Positions 1 through 8,950 of a DNA stretch of 64,000 bases are shown one piece after another (position 1 is the first letter of the stretch; each line of letters opens with the position of its first letter). The DNA is from an uncultured Chloroflexia bacterium (GTDB lineage Bacteria > Chloroflexota > Anaerolineae > JAAYZQ01). The stretch covers positions 96,001-160,000 of the forward strand of contig CAVOXA010000001.1 in the NCBI GenBank assembly GCA_963700285.1. Reading direction: 5' to 3'. The notes under the pieces are model-generated. The model was given only the letters and a program-made list of their open reading frames with translations, was not told the DNA's origin and did no database searches. The position numbers were made by a program, and so were the translations under genes.

Positions 1-3000
1 GTCCCTGCCTTCGCCGCCACCCCATTCACCCGGAAAGCCAGCCGCTCCCCGTCCCGGAAGCCGGGGATGGGCGGCTCGCCGGGGTCCTGGCCATAGACGT
101 GTATGTAGCCGTACTCGCCCTCATGGCGGACCACGGTGCAGCCGGCGACCTCGCCGCGGGGCGTCAGGACCTCGACCATAGTCCCCAGCGGGGCCGGGTC
201 GTCGCCGGCCGCCAGCTTGCCGTAGACCAGGGTGAAGGTGGGCGTGGGTGACACAGCGCCGCAGGCGGCCAGATCCTCTTCGGGATGGGTGACCTGGGCC
301 AGGGCCGCGCCGGTGGGATAGACCAGGCTGGTCGCCTGCGTGGTGTGGATCATGTAGCCCTGGCCGGGCTCCATGTGGGTCAGGGTACTGTGTACCGGAT
401 CGCCGGGGGAGTAGGTTTGGCTCAGGCTATGGACCAGGTCGTACTGGCCGTCGATGCTGGCCAGGGCGGTCTCGATGGGCAGGGTCGTGTCGGGCAGGTA
501 GCCGATCCAGTTCCAGCCGGCAGCCAGGGGCAGCGGCATGTCGATGGGGATGGCAAAGCCCTGGACTTGAAGCCCCGCTTCAATCCCACCCTCGAGGCGC
601 AGGTAATAGCTCGCCGCGCCGGGCAGTTCGTTGAGGGTCTGGTAGATGGGGTCCAGGTTGCAGTCGTGGACACCTGTCTGGCTCAGGACGCGGCAGTAGA
701 GGCCGTCGATGGAGGCCAGGACAGCGGCCACAGAGGGGTCGGGCGGCTGCACCCGCCAGGAGGCCACGTTCCAACCAGGCGCCAGCGTCCGTGCCGTCTC
801 GCAGAGTGGAGTAGTCTCGCTGGCGACGTTGGAGTAGGCGGAGTACCGGTTATCGCCAGACCAGTAGGCCCGGACGCGGTAATAGTAGGAGAAGCCGCAG
901 TCCAGCCTGCTGTCCTGGTAGGTGGTCGTGTCCGCGGCCACGGTGACGATCTCGGTCCAGCCCGTGCTGCCATCAGGTGAGCGCTCAATGTGGAAGGCGG
1001 TCTCGTCGGGCGAGTTGTCCTGCCAGGTCAGGTCGATCTCAGTTTGTGAAGAGGCTGCAGCCGCCAGGCCGTCGGGAGCCGGGTAGTCGCCAGTCACCCG
1101 CACCTCGTCCAGAGCATAGCCGTCGGTGGTGATGGGATAGTTGTCGTAGAACTGGAACCGGATCAGGAAGTGATCGTTGAGGGCAAGTCCCCCGGCCGCG
1201 GCCGCGGCGTCCAGGTCGATGGTTTCGCTGCGGAAGGCGGCGCCCCCACCATTGAAGGACAGGGCCTGGTGCCAGGTACCGCCATAGTCGCCGCTGAGAA
1301 AGACGCCGTCGCCGGTATCGTTCTCGTCGCCGAACTCGCGCCAACGGAACTCGAGGGTGACGTCCGCTTGCCCGGCGAGGTCGACCATGAGGTCGGCGGC
1401 GGCATAGGAGTAGATGGTGTTTTCGGCATAGTCATCCAGGAGCAGGCTGTAGGAGCCGGCGTCGGGGTAGCCTGTCGAGACCTGTACCCGGCCCTCGTCG
1501 GTAGTATAGGGGAACCAGCCAGCATCTAGTGCGCCAGACTCAAAGCCGTCGTAGAAGGGCAGCGCTTCCCCAGCGGCCAGGACAAGGCTCCAGGTATCGG
1601 ACCAATCGGTGTCGCCGCCGGCCAGGGTGGCCTTTACGCGCCAGTGGTAGGTCCTCAGCGCCAGGGGAGCGGCAGGCGTGTAGGAGGTGGAGGCGGTGGG
1701 CTGGTCGACGAGGGGCGAGGAAAAGGCGGGGTCATCATCGACCTGGAGTTGATAGGCCGTGGCCCCTGACAGGGAGACCCACTCAAAGGTTGGTGTGGTG
1801 TTGTAGGTCCTCGCCCCATCGGCCGGCCGGTAGAGATAAGGGCGAGGGTTGCCCAGGCTGTTGATGGCGGCCTGGAGGTCGATGCGCGGTTTGGTGATGC
1901 CATTCCGGCTGTCGAGGATGGGTACGCCGGTGCTGGTCAGGGCGGCGAGGATCTCGGCCACCGATGCGCCGGGCTGGGTTGATTTGAGGACGGCCCAGGC
2001 CCCGGTCACGTGGGGGGTGGCCATGGAGGTGCCGGCCCAGGCCTCGAACCCGCCGCCGGGCACCGAGGACAGGATGTTGTCGCCGGGGGCCAGCAGATCC
2101 AGAAAGCTGGCGCTATTGGAGAAAGAGGAGACCGTGTCCGCCGGAGCGTGGGAAGTGCTGGACCCAACGCTGATCACCGTGGAAATACAGGCGGGTGCCA
2201 GCATGGAGTCGCTGTAGCCATTGTTGCCCGAGGCGGCGACAGTGGCAATGCCCACCGCGCGCAGGTTGTCGACGGCGGCCTTGCGGCTGGCCTCCGCGGC
2301 GTCACAGGCCGCATAGTAGCGATTTCCACCCAGGCTCAGGTTCACGGCGGCGATGTCGAAATCGTTGCGCAGCGCGTAGACGCGCTCCAGGGCGAGAATG
2401 ATGTCCGAGTTGTAGGCCAGGATGCAGGGGGCGGTCCTGGGACTGCAGATCGTCGCGTCGTCAAAGCGCGAGAAGACCTGGACGGCGATGACGTCCGCAG
2501 CCCGGGCGACGCCGTCAAAGCTGCCGCCGTCGCCGGCGGCGATGCCGGCGACGTGCGTGCCGTGCTCGCAGCCGCCGACAGACACGGAGCAGTTGATCCC
2601 GGCGCCCGGGCCGATCTGCTCGTCCAGGCCGTTGGGGCAGACGGTGATGGCGTCCGCGGTGGTCGAAGAATAGCAGGCTTCGGAAACGACCTTGCCGCTC
2701 AGGAAAGCGTGCGCGCCATCCACACCGCTGTCCAGGATGGCGACGGCCTGGCCCGCACCCTCATAGCCGGCCGTCCAGGCATCGTCGGCGTTGATCAGGG
2801 GGATGCTCAGATCGAGGCTGGGCGGGATCGCGATGTCTTCGACCAGGCTCTGGACCAGGGGGAAGGCGGCCAGGAATTGGAGCGCCCCGGCATCCACCTG
2901 CAGGGCCATGAAGGGGATGAACTGGAACTGTTTGACGGAGGTGACGTCATAGCTGGATAGCTGCTGCAGTAAGAAACTCTGTGTACCACCGATGGTCGCC

Positions 3001-3233
3001 CTTTGCTGGACGACGGCCTGGGGGCCGGATAGCGCGCCCTCGGGCTCAAAGGCCAGGTCCAGCCCGACGATGATGGGTACACTGCCCTGGCTCAGGGCCT
3101 TGGCCGCCAGGGTGGCGTAGACCTCCTGCCCTGCGGGTGCCCCGACAGGCGGCGGCGGCGTCTGGGCGCTGGCGACGGTCACCAGGCAGAGGATGCTCAG
3201 AAAGGTACTCAGGACCACGCTCCGTCGTTGCAT
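1..3233 (-). CDS. Secreted subtilisin-family (S8) serine peptidase with FN3 and further C-terminal beta domains; C-terminus runs off the window
   Basis: Missing from the ORF track because there is no stop in the window. Manual translation from ATG 3233 gives signal peptide MQRRSVVLSTFLSILCLVTVASA and catalytic motifs AILDSG, HGTHVAG and GTSMATPHV, plus FN3-like IDLTWQDNS...YYYRVRAY. Confidence 0.92.
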   Translation of the reverse strand, partial: MQRRSVVLSTFLSILCLVTVASAQTPPPPVGAPAGQEVYATLAAKALSQGSVPIIVGLDLAFEPEGALSGPQAVVQQRATIGGTQSFLLQQLSSYDVTSVKQFQFIPFMALQVDAGALQFLAAFPLVQSLVEDIAIPPSLDLSIPLINADDAWTAGYEGAGQAVAILDSGVDGAHAFLSGKVVSEACYSSTTADAITVCPNGLDEQIGPGAGINCSVSVGGCEHGTHVAGIAAGDGGSFDGVARAADVIAVQVFSRFDDATICSPRTAPCILAYNSDIILALERVYALRNDFDIAAVNLSLGGNRYYAACDAAEASRKAAVDNLRAVGIATVAASGNNGYSDSMLAPACISTVISVGSSTSHAPADTVSSFSNSASFLDLLAPGDNILSSVPGGGFEAWAGTSMATPHVTGAWAVLKSTQPGASVAEILAALTSTGVPILDSRNGITKPRIDLQAAINSLGNPRPYLYRPADGARTYNTTPTFEWVSLSGATAYQLQVDDDPAFSSPLVDQPTASTSYTPAAPLALRTYHWRVKATLAGGDTDWSDTWSLVLAAGEALPFYDGFESGALDAGWFPYTTDEGRVQVSTGYPDAGSYSLLLDDYAENTIYSYAAADLMVDLAGQADVTLEFRWREFGDENDTGDGVFLSGDYGGTWHQALSFNGGGAAFRSETIDLDAAAAAGGLALNDHFLIRFQFYDNYPITTDGYALDEVRVTGDYPAPDGLAAAASSQTEIDLTWQDNSPDETAFHIERSPDGSTGWTEIVTVAADTTTYQDSRLDCGFSYYYRVRAYWSGDNRYSAYSNVASETTPLCETARTLAPGWNVASWRVQPPDPSVAAVLASIDGLYCRVLSQTGVHDCNLDPIYQTLNELPGAASYYLRLEGGIEAGLQVQGFAIPIDMPLPLAAGWNWIGYLPDTTLPIETALASIDGQYDLVHSLSQTYSPGDPVHSTLTHMEPGQGYMIHTTQATSLVYPTGAALAQVTHPEEDLAACGAVSPTPTFTLVYGKLAAGDDPAPLGTMVEVLTPRGEVAGCTVVRHEGEYGYIHVYGQDPGEPPIPGFRDGERLAFRVNGVAAKAG

Positions 3234-3646
3234 AGCTCGGATCCTCCAGACCCTTTTCGTTCCGCAAAGCTCCTGCTGAGAGTATCAGTACACCACAATA
3301 CCCTGCTTCACGCTGGTCCGTGACCAGCGTTTTCTGTTCGAAAACCGGCGAATCCGTGATTCGCTTCAAGCCTGTAAGGACCCATTGCGGTGTACTGAGT
3401 ATAACACACTATGGGGGGTTGGATCAAGCAAGGGCATGGGGCGGGTGGGTGTGGGTTTTGGTGGAGGAAGGGGGTGAGCAAGGTGAGATTTGACCGCGAA
3501 TGGCTTTCGGTGTACAGTTGGTTGTCCTGAAGGTACAGGGTCGGGGCGTGGCTGCCCGGTATGCGAAGAGAGGATGGGTTCCTGAGCCGATGCCAAATCG
3601 GCTGGGATTGACGGCCAAAGCAAAGTGCTGGAACCAGGGGAGCATC

Positions 3647-4861
3647 GTGGCGGAACAGAGCTACAGGCCCAAAATAGACCGCAACCTGCGTACCGTAACG
3701 GGCAAGACCTTTCTCAACGGCTTGGCCTCGAGCATGACGCGCGCGGTCATACAGCCCTTTGTGCTCAGCCTGGGTGCGCCGATGAGCGCCCTGGGTTTTC
3801 TGGAGAGTCTGGGCGGGATGCACGGTCTCCTGCCTTCGGTTCTGCAGTACTACAGCGGCTGGCTGTCAGACCGCCTGGGACGAAAGCCCTTTCTACTCCT
3901 GGCCAACGCCTGTGGGGTGTTGGGCATCGGACTGCTGGTCGTTGCCGCCCTTACGGAAAACTGGCTGTGGCTGGCGCCAGGCTTTGTGCTAGCCTGGGCT
4001 ACGTTGATGGGCGATCCGGTCGACCGGTCGGTGGTCGCCGAGTCGTCGCCGATCAGCGGCCGGGGTGCGGCCTACAGCCTGCTGATGATGGCCCATGCGG
4101 CGCCCGGGATCTTTGCCCCGGCGCTGGGCGGCTGGATGGCTGTCCGTTGGGGGTTCGTTCCTGTCTTTGGCCTGGAGGCTCTGCTCTACGCGGCGGGCCT
4201 GCTGCTGGTCCTGCGCTTTCTGCGCGAGACCTTCCACCGTGCCGGCGAGCGGATCAGTTGGAGCAAGCTCAAGGCCGCTACCCGGCAATTGGTCGTACCC
4301 CCCCGAGGCCTGCGCGGCTACTATTGGACGATGGCCGTCGATAGCTTTTCCTGGGGACTGACCCTGTCGCTCCTGTTCGGCATGTTAACCAAGACCTATG
4401 GCTTTTCTACCTTCCAGTTGGGCATCATGTCGAGCCTGATGGCCCTGACCTGGACCCTCAGCCAATGGCCCGTAGGCAAGCTCATCGACCGCTTTGGGAG
4501 CAAGCCCATGATGCTCGTGTCCCAGTTGGGCGGCATTCCCATTGTTCTGAGCCTTGCCTTTGCTTCTACATTCCCCGCATTTGCCGCGATCTATGCCTGT
4601 GTCGGCGTAATGGCCGCGACTTGGCTGCCGGCTCAGATAGCGATCCTGGCCAACAGTACGTCCGAACGTGGGGTCGGGGAGGCGATGGGCCGGCTGGCGG
4701 CCTTCCAGGGGTTGGTTGGATTCCCTGCTCCGTTTGTCGCCGGCCTGCTGTACGATAGGTTTGGCTTCCGGGCGCCCCTCCTGGCCGGGCTGGCCGGGAT
4801 CGTGCTCACCATCGTAATGCTGGCCGTGCTGGTCAAGGAGCCGCAGCGGGAGAGCGGCTAG
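3647..4861 (+). CDS. MFS transporter
   Basis: About 12 hydrophobic segments; motif A GWLSDRLGRK and repeat GKLIDRFGSK. Start moved to GTG 3647 after a GGGAG RBS. Confidence 0.9.
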   Translation: MAEQSYRPKIDRNLRTVTGKTFLNGLASSMTRAVIQPFVLSLGAPMSALGFLESLGGMHGLLPSVLQYYSGWLSDRLGRKPFLLLANACGVLGIGLLVVAALTENWLWLAPGFVLAWATLMGDPVDRSVVAESSPISGRGAAYSLLMMAHAAPGIFAPALGGWMAVRWGFVPVFGLEALLYAAGLLLVLRFLRETFHRAGERISWSKLKAATRQLVVPPRGLRGYYWTMAVDSFSWGLTLSLLFGMLTKTYGFSTFQLGIMSSLMALTWTLSQWPVGKLIDRFGSKPMMLVSQLGGIPIVLSLAFASTFPAFAAIYACVGVMAATWLPAQIAILANSTSERGVGEAMGRLAAFQGLVGFPAPFVAGLLYDRFGFRAPLLAGLAGIVLTIVMLAVLVKEPQRESG

Positions 4862-5097
4862 GTCGAGCCTCCCCTACTGTTCCTGGCCGGAATGGCCAAC
4901 AAGTGACGGTGCATGCATCATCTGGAGCTACACCACCGGCACATGGTCGCGGTTGCTTGCACGACGCGGAGCCTTGCAGCGCGAGCGCCCAAAACCTGGT
5001 TTCAGTGTCAGGTTCTAGGCGCTGTTGGTGGTGCCGGGCAATTGGTTTTTCGTTTCGCAGGTGTCGCCTTGCCGTTCCTTTGAGGTTCAGGTCAGCA

Positions 5098-5586
5098 TCA
5101 GCAAACCTCACAGGCTTGGTTTGCCACGGCCGCAGCACGGGCCTCGCGCTGCAAGGCAGCATAGTATTCGGAGGGGTCATTCCAGTTGCCTGCGCTGACC
5201 GCACCGGTTCCGGTGTCGCTGGCAGCAAGCTTCAGAGCACCGTAGGATCCGGCGAAACTCGGAAATGCCTCACCGACGGCAACCACTCCGGCGTCGACGG
5301 CAGCAAGCCTCAGAGCACCGTAGGACCCCGCAAAACTCCAGATCGCCTCTTTGGTGGCTGCTGCACTGGCCTCACGCTGTAGGGCGGCATAGTATTCGGA
5401 GGGGTCATCCCAAGGCACGTCATTACTGGCTGCTCCCCTGCTGGCCTCACGCTGCAGGGCAGCATAATACTCTGAGGGGTCATTCCAGTCCGCGTCGCCG
5501 GATCCCTCACCGGCCATGGCCACCGCACCAAGGGAAGCCATGGACATCACTGTGACCACGACGAAAAGGAACTTTTTGGTGTTCAT
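5098..5586 (-). CDS. Small secreted protein with internal repeats (3x W[ND]DPSEYYAALQREA, 2x SFAGSYGAL[RK]LAA) and C-terminal CEVC
   Basis: GGAGG RBS upstream, signal peptide MNTKKFLFVVVTVMSMASLGAVAMA, repeats visible in both DNA and protein. Confidence 0.85.
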   Translation of the reverse strand: MNTKKFLFVVVTVMSMASLGAVAMAGEGSGDADWNDPSEYYAALQREASRGAASNDVPWDDPSEYYAALQREASAAATKEAIWSFAGSYGALRLAAVDAGVVAVGEAFPSFAGSYGALKLAASDTGTGAVSAGNWNDPSEYYAALQREARAAAVANQACEVC

Positions 5587-5700
5587 CAGACTCTACCTCC
5601 GCTGCTTCTGGCTGGTTTTTCTCCATAGGAGGTCCAGAAGCCAAAGCCATTGTCCGCCAAGGGACTTTGGCTCTGCCCTTCTACTATACAGCATGAGGGT

Positions 5701-5739
5701 ATACAGATTGCATACGGGATACATACAGGAAGCTTGCAG
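5701..5739. promoter_or_regulatory. Four direct repeats at 11-bp period upstream of the repeat-peptide gene (candidate winged-helix regulator sites)
   Basis: ATACAG 5701, ATACGG 5712, ATACAG 5723, TTGCAG 5734; minus-strand TATAGT -10 box at 5683-5688. Confidence 0.5.
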
Positions 5740-5835
5740 GGAATTCTAGCGAGCCTGGGGCAGGGAATGTGGATTCACGGAGGATGGTGCGGAAGTGGCC
5801 ACCAAAGGCGGTCTGTGCAGTGCGGCGAAGGCGGA

Positions 5836-6444
5836 TCAGGAGCCAGTGTTGTGCCCAGGCTCGGTGCTTGCAGACTGCTTGGTCGTGCGCTGTGTCCTGG
5901 TGTTCAGGGTGTTGTACCGCGCAGATGCAAGGGGGTCCGCGTCGCGGCGGGCCCAGGTGGTCAGGGTCAGGCGGCCATTGGCGAAGGTGATGCGCCGGGG
6001 TAAGGCATCTGGCGCGAACCAGGCCGCGCCAGCGGCATCGTCACCGATCTGGAGTCGACGGGTCAGTGGGCGAGCCAGGTAGTATACGTTGACGGTCGGC
6101 CCGTCGACATACTCGTCCAACCACAAGCCGAGCAGGCCGGTCAGCTCGATCTCTAGGCCGGTTTCCTCAAAGGTTTCACGGATGGCCGTACCGGCGGGGT
6201 GCTCGTCCACCTCACAGAAGCCGCCCGGTATGTCCCAGTAGCCTTTTAAAGGCTCGATGCTGCGCCGGATGAGCAGAACCTTGCCGTTGCGGATGACCAG
6301 CGCGCCGGCGCAGGGGATGGCATTGTGCCAGTGGATGTGGCCGCAGTTGGGGCAGACGCGACGGGGACGTTCTTCGATCACCTGCTCCACCAAGGGCGCG
6401 CCACAGGTCGTTCAGAAAGCGGCGCCGGGCGGGGAAGGATCCAT
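5836..6444 (-). CDS. Zinc-ribbon NUDIX hydrolase with in-frame TGA at codon 11 (Sec or nonsense mutation)
   Basis: Nudix box GGFCEVDEHPAGTAIRETFEETG and CPNCG. An in-frame upstream ATG at 6444 gives MDPSPPGAAF-TGA-TTCGAPL. Confidence 0.85.
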
Positions 6445-6454
6445 GGGGCGTCTC

Positions 6455-7231
6455 TCAGCTCGAGGGCAGGGGCAGACGATCCATCATCCAGGCGTAGCTT
6501 TGCTGCCAGACCGATTCCCGCTCGCCGTCGACCAGCAGATTGTGGCCCGAATGCTCGAGCCAGGTCAGCGTCTTGTCGGCCGAGGCCACACCCTGGTAGA
6601 CGATCTCTGCGGCCTCGGGGGACAAGGTGGCGTCGTGCCGGCCCTGGAAAATGAGAACGGGCTGCCGGATCCTGGACAGGCTGTCGCGAACCTTGCGCTG
6701 GAGCAGATAGGCCTCGGCAGCGCCCCAGAGGGGCGTTTCATCATAGCACCAGACACGGTCCTGCGCCTCTGGATCAACGAGATCGTCGTCGCCGATCTCA
6801 CCGGTGGGGCTGTACTTGAGAAAGTAACGCAATACCAACGACAGTGGCAGCAACCGGTTCTGGACCTTGATGGCGGGGGCCAAGGCGATCAGGCCCGCAA
6901 TTTCGGGGTGCTGTACACCAAGCCACAGGGCCAGCAGCGAGCCCAGCGACAGCCCGCCGACAAAGACGTGGTCACAACGGTCCTGCAGTTCTCGCAGGGC
7001 CGCTTCCACATCGGCGGTCCAGGCCTGCCAGCGGATGCGGGTCAGGTCTTTGGGGCTGGTGCCGTGACCGGGCAGCAGGGGGCAGCGCACAGACAGGCCC
7101 TGGCCGGCGAGGTATTCGCCCATGGGCCGCGTCTCGGCGGCAGAGCCGGTGTAGCCGTGGATAAGCAGCACGCCCACAGGGCCGCCATCGGCGGCGTAGG
7201 CCAAGGGAGACAGGTACGGAGGCTGGGGCAT
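6455..7231 (-). CDS. Alpha/beta hydrolase (carboxylesterase/monoglyceride lipase-like)
   Basis: HGYTG, nucleophile elbow GLSLG, HD acid residue and SGH catalytic His. Confidence 0.9.
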   Translation of the reverse strand: MPQPPYLSPLAYAADGGPVGVLLIHGYTGSAAETRPMGEYLAGQGLSVRCPLLPGHGTSPKDLTRIRWQAWTADVEAALRELQDRCDHVFVGGLSLGSLLALWLGVQHPEIAGLIALAPAIKVQNRLLPLSLVLRYFLKYSPTGEIGDDDLVDPEAQDRVWCYDETPLWGAAEAYLLQRKVRDSLSRIRQPVLIFQGRHDATLSPEAAEIVYQGVASADKTLTWLEHSGHNLLVDGERESVWQQSYAWMMDRLPLPSS

Positions 7232-7234
7232 GGC

Positions 7235-8404
7235 TCAGGCGGCCTCAAGGGGCAGGGTGAAACTAAGGGTTGTGCCCTCACCCAGTTTGCTGTGGCAATA
7301 AGCCTGGCCGCCGTGCTGTTCGACGATGGCTTTGACAATGGAGAGGCCCAGGCCGGTGCCAGGGATCTGTTGCTGGCGGCTGGCGTCGGTGCGGAAGAAG
7401 CGCTGGAACAAGCGGGCCTGGTCCTCCTCGGAGATGCCAGGGCCGGTGTCGCTGACGTCGACGACGATCTGGCCCGGCTGCGCCTGGACATCGATGCGCA
7501 CCTGACCGCCACTGGGCGTGAACTTGATGGCGTTGCTCACCAAGTTGTGCAGCACCTGCACCAAGCGGCCGCGATCAGCCAGTGGCTGGGGACAGGCACC
7601 GGGCAGCCGCCAGCCCAAGGCCAGTTCCTGCTGCTGAGCGACCGGCTCAAAGCTGCGGCCTACCTCAGCCACCAGCGCAGCGATGTCTACCGGCCGGTGC
7701 TCCAGTATCACGGCACCCGACTCGATCTGTTCGACATCGAGCAGGTTGTTGATCAAATCCCGCATCTGCAGCGTGCGGCGGAGCACCACAGCCAGGGAGT
7801 CCATGGCTTCTTTGTCGGCGGCCGCCTCGGTGTCCTGCATGACCATTTCCACATAGCTGTGGATGACCGTCAGCGGGGCACGCAGGTCATGGGCGGCCAT
7901 CCTCATGAAGGCCGATTTCTCCTGGTCGAGGCGGAGCAACTCTTTGTTGGCCATTTCCAACTGGGCGCGGAGCAGGCGGACGTCGTTGAGCTGCTGCATG
8001 ACCTGCTGGTCGAGGCGACCCTCGGTTGTGACGTCCTGGACCAACCAGACCAGGTGATCCTGGACCTCCGGGTGGGGCAGCGCCGTCAAAGAGATATAGC
8101 GCCGCTCAAGGCCGTCGCGGCCCACGCGGTTGATCATGGGCAGGTCAAACCGCGGGGATGAACGACGGGCCACGGCCTCCAGCACTTCCTCAGAGCCGAC
8201 AAGCTCAGGACAGAGATCGCTGAGGCACTCGCCTACCAGGTCGTCCTGGGTTTCCTGGAGGCAGGAGCTCAAGCCCTGGGCATGGGCAGCGATGCGCAGA
8301 TCGGCAGTGGTGTACACGACCGAGACGCGCAGATCGTCGAGGATGGTCTGGGCCAGCTGTTCGGAAACGAGGGCTGCGGTCACCTCTTGTTCCGTGAGGT
8401 TCAT
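7235..8404 (-). CDS. Cytoplasmic sensor histidine kinase with PAS-like N-terminus
   Basis: H-box AAHDLRAPL, N-box NLVSNAIKF, G1 DTGPGI, G2 GTGLGL. Confidence 0.93.
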   Translation of the reverse strand: MNLTEQEVTAALVSEQLAQTILDDLRVSVVYTTADLRIAAHAQGLSSCLQETQDDLVGECLSDLCPELVGSEEVLEAVARRSSPRFDLPMINRVGRDGLERRYISLTALPHPEVQDHLVWLVQDVTTEGRLDQQVMQQLNDVRLLRAQLEMANKELLRLDQEKSAFMRMAAHDLRAPLTVIHSYVEMVMQDTEAAADKEAMDSLAVVLRRTLQMRDLINNLLDVEQIESGAVILEHRPVDIAALVAEVGRSFEPVAQQQELALGWRLPGACPQPLADRGRLVQVLHNLVSNAIKFTPSGGQVRIDVQAQPGQIVVDVSDTGPGISEEDQARLFQRFFRTDASRQQQIPGTGLGLSIVKAIVEQHGGQAYCHSKLGEGTTLSFTLPLEAA

Positions 8405-8419
8405 GGCATCACCGAGCGT

Positions 8420-8938
8420 CTATTTGGCCAGGAGGCGCGCGCCGAGTTCCTGGAACATGGCCTCCACCTGCTCGCCCGTTTTTGCGCTGGTGAGGAAAAA
8501 GGGAGCATCGAGGTTTGAGGAAACGCAGGCGAGCTCCTCGTCGCTCATCCGGCGGTCATGGACCAGGTCCACTTTGTTGGCGGCCAGTACCAATCGGGTA
8601 TTGGGGTTTGTTTCCCGAAATCCCTTGGCATACTTGACGATACCGGCCAGGGTTTCGGGGCGGGTGAGATCGCAGGCGATCACGGCCCCGGCTGCCCCGC
8701 GATAGTAGCTGGGGACGACGGGGCCTGCGTCGGGGCCGCCGGCGAGGTCCCAGAGCATGAGGTTCAGGGTCACGTCCCCGTCGCCGCTCGTCAGGTTCAT
8801 CACTTTTCGATCGACCTTGACGCCGATGGTGCTGAGGTATCTCTCGTCAAAACTGCCCTCGACGAAGCGGCGGATCAGGCTGGACTTGCCCACTGAATAG
8901 TCACCCAGCAGGCACACCTTTATGCTCAACTTGCGCAC
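8420..8938 (-). CDS. Ras/Rab-like small GTPase (Rup-type)
   Basis: G1 GDYSVGKS, G2 STIG, G3 WDLAG, G4 NKVD, G5 TSAK; 172 aa. Confidence 0.93.
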   Translation of the reverse strand: MRKLSIKVCLLGDYSVGKSSLIRRFVEGSFDERYLSTIGVKVDRKVMNLTSGDGDVTLNLMLWDLAGGPDAGPVVPSYYRGAAGAVIACDLTRPETLAGIVKYAKGFRETNPNTRLVLAANKVDLVHDRRMSDEELACVSSNLDAPFFLTSAKTGEQVEAMFQELGARLLAK

Positions 8939-8950
8939 GATCCTCGTCTC

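Noticed and set aside
285-2960. Plus-strand ORFs (231, 119, 316 aa and others)
   Set aside because: They are antisense shadows of the S8 protease, which the ORF track omits because it has no stop in the window.
3500-3646. Upstream extension of the MFS ORF, faintly like a LuxR C-terminus (KVQGRGVAARYAKRGW)
   Set aside because: Too short and too divergent to support.
5150-5490. Repeats separated by unique spacers, superficially CRISPR-like
   Set aside because: They are in-frame coding repeats of two types with synonymous variation and irregular spacing; no cas genes are present.
6257-8161. 634-aa plus-strand ORF, and similar long ORFs at 14277, 36400 and 57360
   Set aside because: They lie antisense to well-supported genes, as expected in high-GC DNA, and show no motifs.
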